A DNA stretch of 64,000 nt from positions 2,232,001 through 2,296,000 of the forward strand of contig OX597820.1 in the NCBI GenBank assembly GCA_951406725.2, given 5' to 3'. This DNA is from Octopus vulgaris (lineage: Eukaryota). The notes beneath the pieces are model-generated. The model made no database searches. It was given only the letters and a program-made list of their open reading frames with translations, and was not told the origin of the DNA. The position numbers and the translations under genes were made by a program. This document shows, one piece after another, positions 55,503-64,000 of the stretch; position 1 is the first letter of the stretch; each line of letters begins with the position of its first letter.

Positions 55503-58082
55503 TCAGGTCATCCCATAAGTTCTGTCCCAATTTTGGATAAAGAATCCAAGTGATCAAATGTTATATTTAATTGAAAGTTAATCATCAATGTACTTTCCCT
55601 GATTATCTATGACTTACTTCCATCTATTTACAAGCTTTTTAATCCCATCAATGTAAAACTCTTTTGGTTTCAAAGCGAAGAACTCTGAAATGTCAGATTC
55701 GACCTCCTCCTGGCTTGCGAAAGTTGTGTCCCCCTAATAATTCTGTAAACTATGAAACAAATGGTATCCTGAAGGAGTAAGGTCGGGAGAATAAGTTGGA
55801 TGAAGAAATTTTTCCAAACCAACCTCTTCTATCTTCTGTGATGTGATCTTTGTAGTGTGGGGTTGCGCATTGTCCTGATGAAACATCACTCGTTTTCGAC
55901 TCACCAAAGCGGCTCTTTTTTCCTTCAAAGCTTGGTTCAAACGCTCTAATTGCTGACAGTAGACTTGAGCATTGATTGTTGCATTAGGTGGTAACAATAT
56001 AAAGTGAATTATGCCTTTGCAGTCACACCAGATAGACTAGAACCTTTTCCCCATGAAGTTCCCTTCTCGGTTGTGGTTGAGCATTTTCCCTTTTACCAAG
56101 CCACTGTTTACGACGTTTAACATTTCGATAGAAAATCCATTTTTCGTCACAAGTCTATCGAAAAAGGGTGAAATGAGTTTGCGAGAATGGAGAGAAGAGC
56201 AGATGTCAACTCGGGATTTGCGGTTGCTTTCGTATAATACATGAGGCACCTATTTTCCAAGTTTAGGAATATTTCCACGTTGTTGAAGATGACGATGAAC
56301 TGTTGTATGGTTTGAAGTAAGCTTTATTGCCAATTCTTCAACTGATAATGACAGATTTTCTTCAAGTAATGCCTCAAGGAGCTTATCATCAAACTCAACT
56401 GGACGTCCTGTTCGATCTTCATCTTCAATTTTGCAAACGATCTCCTGCAAGTTCTTTCATTCAAGCACTTTCCCATAAACTGAGTGTATGTTTCGAGTCA
56501 CTTCGGCTGCAGAGTTACCTTTATTGTACTCATAAAGAATTATATGTGCCTTAAATTCTCCTTGGATACTTCCATGTTGAAAGGGTTTTAATCAAAGCAA
56601 TTTTAGGGTGTCCACGAAGTCTGGGTAGATGGAATAAAATCATAACATAAACAAATATAAGAAATAATAATTTTCCTTTTTTACTTTTGTTTAAATTAAA
56701 TAAAAAAAATACTTTACTTTTCTAAATTTATTTGTTATTTTTTCTACAGATGATTGAATGATGGCTCTGTCTAAAGAAGAAAGAATCCCAGATCGAATGA
56801 TGGATCTGTCTAAAGAAGAAAGAATTGAGTTAGTATTATTAAGTGGACGAGAGGGATTGTCTTATCGCAAAATTGCGGAAGAATTTAATCTTCGACACCC
56901 TTTTAGGTAACCTATTTTTTTTACTGCCCTCGGAAAATTGATCAAGAAATTTAAAGAGACATGCAGTGTTTTGGATAAACCCCGTTCCGGGCGACCAAAG
57001 ACTTCAGATGAAACGAAAGAGGCTGTAATGGCTAAAGTTTCTGCTAGCCCAAAGAAATCACTTCGTCGGACATCCACGGTGTTAGGTGTTCCAAAACCAA
57101 CCATCCACAAAATGCTGGTTGAGGAAAAGTTTCATTGATACAACCTACAGATATTGCATCACTTAAATGAAGACGACCCTGATAGACGAATGTAGACGTG
57201 CGAATGGTTTTCAGATAAATTGGATGAAATTACCAATTTTACGAAAAACTTTGTTGTTCAGTGACAAAGATACGTTTTATGTAAATGATGAGGTCAACAG
57301 ACAGAATCTTCTATACTGGTCTCGAGGTAATCCACATTGGATGGATCCATCCAAGCAGCAAGGCAGCAAAAAGGTGATGGTGTGGTGTGGTTTGTGGAAA
57401 GCTCTTGTTCTAGGACCCTTCTTCATTGAACATATAACGGATGAGACTTATGTAAACATATTGAGAGACAAATTAATATCTCAAATTGAGCGCCTAGGCG
57501 AGGGCCTTCCGAATTGGTTTCAGCAGGATGGGGCCCCTACCCATTTTGCCACAACTGTTAGAGATTGGCTTAATGGCACTTTTCCTCACTGAATTGGAAG
57601 AAGGGCTCATATGGAAAGGTCCCCTCGTTCACCAGACCTTTCTCCCCTTGATTTCTTTTTTTGGGGGTATGTTGAAAGAGAAAGATTACAATAAAGATTA
57701 CAGATTTAAAACACATGGGAGAACGCATTACCAGTCAGTGTACTGAAATTGATGGCAATGTAGACTTATTTAATCAAGTTCACCTGAATTTTGCAAGGCG
57801 CATCAAGTTATGCATTGAAAAATGATGGAAATCACTTTGAAAATATTATTTATTAACATTATAATTAAATAAAATTGGTTTGTTTTAAAAGTATGTGTTA
57901 ATCCCCATGTACGCAGACTTTGTGGACACCTATTATTTTGTAAAACAATATTGAATTAGTTTAAACGTACACAAATGCATAAAAATAATTTTTAATTGAA
58001 TTAGACATTTGAAAATACTATTAAATTTCATTCAAATCTAAAAAAAAAGGTAAAATTGGACAGAACTGATTGGATGACTTGA
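55503..58082 (-). mobile_element. Defective mariner carrying a nested element
   Basis: TIRs tcaggtcatcccataagttctgtcc / ggacagaactgattggatgacttga. Transposase starts at 56575 (MEVSKENLRH) with FHQDNAQPH and HPTYSPDLTPSGYHLF. Confidence 0.92.
56604..57932 (+). mobile_element. rosa/Visitor-type (DD40-41D) Tc1/mariner transposon, defective, nested
   Basis: TIRs tagggtgtccacgaagtctgggtagatgg / ccatgtacgcagactttgtggacaccta. Motifs LLFSD, VNRQN, KVMVWCG, GPFF, WFQQDGAP..H and PRSPDLSPLDFFFWGY; 40 residues between the 2nd and 3rd Asp as read. Confidence 0.9.
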
Positions 58083-58837
58083 TATATATAATCTATGATA
58101 TTCTAGTAGGTTTCAAGTTTATAACACCTTGATATCTCATGTTATCTCATTTTATATGCCTAAGACGTTTATTTTCTATTCTGGTTTTTAAATATTTCTA
58201 TACATTATATTTGTATCTATAATTTATTTTAAGCCGAAACATAATACGATCCTTGTACAAACGAAAGAACAAGAATGTCCTCTGGAACTTTTATCTTCCA
58301 CCAGTGTTTGTAATCGATGGTGACATGTGTGATGATTTTGCGACTATCTTATATTTTACAGAGAAATTGGAAGCCCCGAATGTAAGCCACCACTTTATGC
58401 ATAATACAATATTTATAGTTCTCTATTTCTAACTCAAATTCTGTCCGCAATAATTATAGATCTCTATTCCTAAATGTAATTATTTTTCTTCTCGTGCTGT
58501 TTATAACTATAACACGCATTCTTGTCTGTCTCTTGACAAAGCTTCTTTTCTCCAGCATTCACCACTTCACCTCGTTAGGGTTAAACAGCCCTTACGCAAA
58601 TGTTTTCACTGTCCTGTTTTTGTTAGCGGCTTTGACGTTCCACGTATCTCAAATTTTATTTAATTTGCTTTGGGGGAGCAATTGCTTTGACGAAGACGCA
58701 TCTTGTTCCACTGCTCGCAATGCGGAGTAGGTAAATCTGCCAACAATTGAGGAAGGGTTGTTTTTTATGCTGCCTTCGCGCTATAGTTCTCAATATATAA
58801 TGGAAATTCTTTCCTCCCAACCCAACCCAACCCAACC

Positions 58838-59124
58838 CCATAGCGTCGACTGTGGGCTGGTAGCTGTGTACAGTCGCCCCAATGTCGCCCAGAGCCAGCT
58901 CTGGTCGCCATAGCGTCGACTGTGGGCTGGTAGCTGTGTACAGTCGCCCCAATGTCGCCCAGAGCCAGCTCTGGTCGCCATAGCGTCGACTGTGGGCTGG
59001 TAGCTGTGTACAGTCACTCCAATGTCGCCCAGAGCCAGCTCTGGTCGCCATAGCGTCGACTGTGGGCTGGTAGCTGTGTACAGTCACCCCAACGTCACCC
59101 AGAGCGAGCTCCGGTCGCCATAGC
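58838..59124. repeat. GC-rich 70-bp tandem repeat, 4 copies, plus a detached degenerate copy at ~59216-59278
   Basis: Unit ccatagcgtcgactgtgggctggtagctgtgtacagtcgccccaatgtcgcccagagccagctctggtcg at 58838, 58908, 58978 and 59048. Confidence 0.95.
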
Positions 59125-59667
59125 ATCTTTGCCTACACTAAATTTATTCTCTCCAGTTACGTATCTGTATAATGGTCATTTGCAAACTCCAGAGGTGACA
59201 CTTTCATTTCTCCTTGTCGACTGTGGGCTGGTAGCTGTGGACGGTCGACCCAACGTCGCACAGAGCGAGCTCTGGCTGGTATGATGCTATAGCAGAAGAC
59301 ACATGCCAAGTTACCACACAGTGGGACTGAACTGAAGGCCAAGTGTTTTGGAGCCAAGTTTGTTACCACACAGCCACACCTGCACCTGTGCGTGTGGGGG
59401 GTGTATCGGTATGTGTGTATGGGTGTATATATGCATGCATGTAGATATGTGTATATATATGCGTGTACATATTACATGTACATCTATATATACATCTAGA
59501 CATACATGTTTACATATACATGTATATCTATAGAAATACGTCTATACATATACAGCTATACATATACATCCGTATATATACATGTATTTATATATATTTA
59601 TATATGTATATATATATATATATTTATATATATACATGTATATATATATATTTATATATCTATATAC

Positions 59668-59769
<102 letters not shown>

Positions 59770-59971
59770 CTCGTCGCCATGATAGATCGTTAGCCACTAC
59801 ACACATTTTTTCTATCCTTGTTTTTTCTGTGTCCTTTTCTGTAGAAGAGCGTAGGTTCGAAACGTAAAAGACTTTTTCTATTCCTGAGCGTTATACTATT
59901 ATACTAATACATCTGTTTATTTTGTACACCACCTGTCTTCGTCTTTTGGTTTTTCGTAAACTCTCCCTATA

Positions 59972-60325
<354 letters not shown>

Positions 60326-60759
60326 AGTTATATCTTGATATCGCTAGTGATAACAATACTCAAAATATATAACAGACTGGAATTGTAGGCCCGTCTCTTG
60401 CTATTTCGATCAATTGGATCTTGTCCTCCCTCTTGTATAGAAGTGTACGGCTGCAGCGAAATTCATTTTTCGACTTTCTTCTATCGAAGGCATTTAACAA
60501 AAATGCTTCCGTAAAGACGGTGAAAATATTGTCAATTTCCCCAAACAGGGACACAATTCAATTTTTAAACAATAACCAAAAGGAGGAGGGTTATGGTTTA
60601 CAACGTTTCCCTGACGAGGAACCAAGAAATGTGATTACAATAGTCAAACAGTAATAATAATAACAACAAACCTTTTTAATTTATCCCATTTATGTGAAAC
60701 CACTTATTCAATTTCAAGTCATTGATGCAATTTTATACGAATTGCTAATACACACACAC

Positions 60760-61182
60760 ACACACACATAATAAGGGTGAAAAATTGAATATTAATTTGA
60801 TTAATATGAATTGAAAACCAGTGGTGTAGCATATAAGACCATAGCCGATTTTCTTCTAGCAAAATGGATGACCACTGTTAATGGTTCATCCCTGTTATAT
60901 AATACGTTCACTTTAATAGTTTCAGTATTAAAGTGAATGTCTGCATTACAATAGAGAGATGTTTTTGTTTCACTTTTAACACGTAATACTGAAATAGTGG
61001 AGAAGATATGATATTGCTGTGGGGTCACCCTAGGGAAAAAGTTAAAATTGTTTTGCTGATGATACTCCCTGGACCTTAAGTAAGGAATGTGTAAAATTTG
61101 AATGAAATTGGTTGTGTAGTTCTCAAGTTTTAGGGAAACACACAGACAGACAGACAGACACACATTCTCAGTTTTATATATT

Positions 61183-61185
<3 letters not shown>
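60760..61185 (-). mobile_element. Helitron-like non-autonomous element, 5' portion
   Basis: The minus strand begins ..atatataaaactgagaatgtgtgtctgtctgtctgtctg..acaaccaatttcattcaaattttacaca, a typical invertebrate Helitron 5' signature. The 3' hairpin/CTAG was not located. Confidence 0.55.
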
Positions 61186-61241
<56 letters not shown>

Positions 61242-61244
61242 ATT

Positions 61245-61632
61245 AGAGGTACAATGGCCCAGTGGTTAGGGCAGTAGGCTCGTGGTCATAGAATCGCGGT
61301 TTCGATTCCCTTACCGGACACTGTGAGTGTTTATTGAGCGAAAACATCTAAAGCTCCACGAGATTCCAGCAACGGGGTAGCAAACCCTGCTGTACTCTTT
61401 CACCACCACTTTCTCTCACTCTTTCTTCCTCTTTCTCTTGTACCTGTATTTCAAAAGGGCCAGCCTTGTCACACTCTGTGCCACGCTGAATCTCCCCTGA
61501 GAACTACGTTAAGGGTACACGAGTCTGTGGAGTGATCAGCCACTTGCATGTTAGCTTCACGAGCAGGCTGGCAGGCTGTTCCGTTCATTAGATCAACTGG
61601 CACCTACGTCGTCGCAACCGACGGAGTGCCAC
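61245..61632 (+). mobile_element. SINE family B
   Basis: tggcccagtggttagggc..ggtttcgattccc head and shared tail. Confidence 0.8.
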
Positions 61633-61938
61633 GATATACGTATACGCATGTTTTTATTCTTTACTTGTTTCAATCATTGGACTGATGCCATACTGGGGCA
61701 CCACTTTGAAGGGTTTAGCCGAAAAAATCGCCTCCGCTAACTCTGATACTAATTCTACTGGTCTCTTGCTGGACCGCTTAATTACGGGAACGTAATCAAA
61801 CCAATACCAGTTGTCAAGCGGTAGCGGGTCAAACACAAACACACATGGGAATTAGTGTGGCTCAGCTTGAGCGGAATTTACCATCGTAAAGCTGAATAGA
61901 AGAGGGAGATAAGGAGTCAGATAGACTGACAGACAGAC

Positions 61939-61988
<50 letters not shown>

Positions 61989-62977
61989 TTACGGCAGACC
62001 GAGGCTGTATTTCCGGAGATAAATGAGTGACCACAGGTTCTGGCTGTTTAGTCAGACTTAAAATGGCGACGGTATGCTAAAGGTCGTTTAATCAGAGAGA
62101 AGATGTTGGGTGTGAGGAGCTGCAACTCTCTGCTAAGAGAGAATGTGATGTCTATGAACATAGGGTGTCAGAGAAAGAATAGTGACTTCAGGCTTAGGCT
62201 GTATGACCAGAGTGAACTAGGTGATGGCTGGTCAAGGAGGACATAAGCCTCAAAGTAAAATAATGAGCGCGAACTCATTGCAACGGAAAATACGGATAAT
62301 AGGGCCCCTAGAAGAGATCCTCATATATAGCCAAAGGAAATAACCCATTCATTTTCCTAAATTATTTGGTAAAATGAAATTGAGTATGCTTATGTCTTAA
62401 TATTTGAACTGTTAGAGTTATTTTCGCGATTTATCCAATACAACCCTTAAACAAGTAAATAGTATTTTCCTAAACAATATTTCGGTCAGTGACTTATTCA
62501 CGAATATACCAACACTAGCACCGCTGAGGGCAATATTCTCTGGGAATGCACAAAAGCCCTTTTCAGAGTTATTTACTTTGAATTGTTATTATCTCATATT
62601 TGATTAGCCTGTTATTACGTAACATGCTTCACAATTTTAGTATACATACCTTATTAGTATTTCCTCCTATGTTCTATATACCCTGGGAACGCATTAAAAC
62701 CCTTTTCGGGGCTACTTTATTTGAATTCTTACTATAGGGTAATTAATTTCATATTATTACATAACTGACTTCACAATTTGGATATTCATAGCTTATTGGG
62801 AATTCCTAAAGACAAGATCCTGTGTAAGACAGTTTGGTATTCTCTGTAAGTGCACAAAAACCGTTTTAAGGGCTACATACTTTGTATTGTTGTTATTGGA
62901 TTAGTGAAACGATTATGAGAACGGAACCAAGGGATAAGCCCCGCTTTCCTGGGAATTACCGGGCACGTTATATGTAT

Positions 62978-63069
<92 letters not shown>

Positions 63070-63490
63070 AGACATATTGATATTGTCTAACACTTTGTTA
63101 ATGGCTCTGTTAATCCGGTTCGAAATTTATATACAAAGTTGTTTTTATGTTCGTACAACACAAACAGCAGATGTCTGAAGTAACTGATGAGCTACTGCTA
63201 CGGCTACTACTGCTGCTACTGTATCAGTGCTGTTTACATGGATATCGAGTTTGTAAGACAAAGATAACATAAATTTATTGTTATTCTTACAAAGGATTGT
63301 TGTCGCATGGCTGCGTGGTAAAGACGATCGCTTTGCAACGACATGGTTCCGGGTTCAGGCCCAATACGTAGAACCTTGGGCAAGTGATATTTTTACTATA
63401 CCCCCCCCCACTCCGGGTCAGCCAAGGCCTTGTGAGTGAATTCGATAGATGGAAATTCTGCGGCAGCCCGTCGTATATACATGTGTGCAT

Positions 63491-63862
63491 AGGTGCAGGA
63501 ATGGCTGCGTGGTAAGAAGCTTGCTTCCCAACCACATGGTTCTGGGTTCAGTCCCACTGCATGGCACCTTAGGCAAGTGTCTTCTGTAGCCTCGAGTCGA
63601 CTAAAGCCATGTGAGTGGATTTGGTAAACGGAAACTGAAAGAAGCTCGTCGTGTGTGGATGTCAGAGAGAGAGAGAGTTTGTGCGTCTATGTTTGTCACC
63701 CAACATCGCTTGACGACCGATGTCGGTGTGTTTATGTCCGCATAACTTAGCGGTTCGGCAAAGCACATCAATAGAATAAGTACTAGGCTTACAAAGAATA
63801 AGTCCTGAGGTCGATTTGTTCGACTAAAGGCGGTGCTCCAGCATGGCCGCAGTCAAATGACT
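63491..63862 (+). mobile_element. SINE family C, near full length, preceded by a tandem 5' half (63303-63478)
   Basis: Head ggtgcaggaatggctgcgtggtaagaag..gggttcagtccc, internal microsatellite, tail aaggcggtgctccagcatggccgcagtcaaatgact. Confidence 0.85.
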
Positions 63863-64000
63863 CCCCTCCCCTTTCCTACCACGTGATCGGTGTCTGGTTC
63901 AGGCATTGTCGTCCATTTTCGGCCGGCCGCCTTTGCGGTCGGTCGCGTCTGTTCTGTCCTACCGCTCGGTCTGCTAAGATTTTTCCATTTCCATTCCCCT

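Noticed and set aside
58838-59124. Possible CRISPR array or repeat-encoded protein (ORF 58656-59126)
   Set aside because: The units are contiguous with no unique spacers, there are no cas genes and the context is eukaryotic. The 70-bp period shifts frame in every unit.
61860-62250. Possible old Penelope-like linker fragment on the minus strand (LAYRR motif)
   Set aside because: Too degenerate to support without a profile search.

Overview
AT-rich eukaryotic nuclear DNA dominated by microsatellites and transposable elements. The SINE families, microsatellite load and an invertebrate-code nad5 NUMT suggest a coleoid cephalopod such as Octopus (inference). No complete host gene is visible, and most ORFs in the track are microsatellite translations. 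The only long intact ORF (29595-32222) is a 5'-truncated Penelope-like retroelement of the Naiad type (RT with DKT motif, CxCx5Cx5C finger, GIY-YIG nuclease). It has two large Asn-rich insertions and a minimal type I hammerhead ribozyme near its 3' end. It is flanked by a ~0.7 kb direct duplication and carries an inverted copy of downstream DNA at its 5' junction. Scattered across the window are several unrelated ORF-less fold-back elements, often beside (TA)n tracts, most carrying hammerhead cores on one or both arms; this is the best candidate for an under-described system. Also present: several mariners (one with a nested DD40D rosa/Visitor-type element), Tc1-, Tc2/pogo- and hAT-type MITEs, R4/Dong-like LINE fragments in (TAA)n, CR1-, Tx1- and RTE-like fragments, a Helitron 5' end, three tRNA-derived SINE families, a GC-rich 70-bp tandem array, one candidate terminal exon and a possible decayed membrane-protein ORF. 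All calls were made by eye and coordinates of degenerate elements are approximate.
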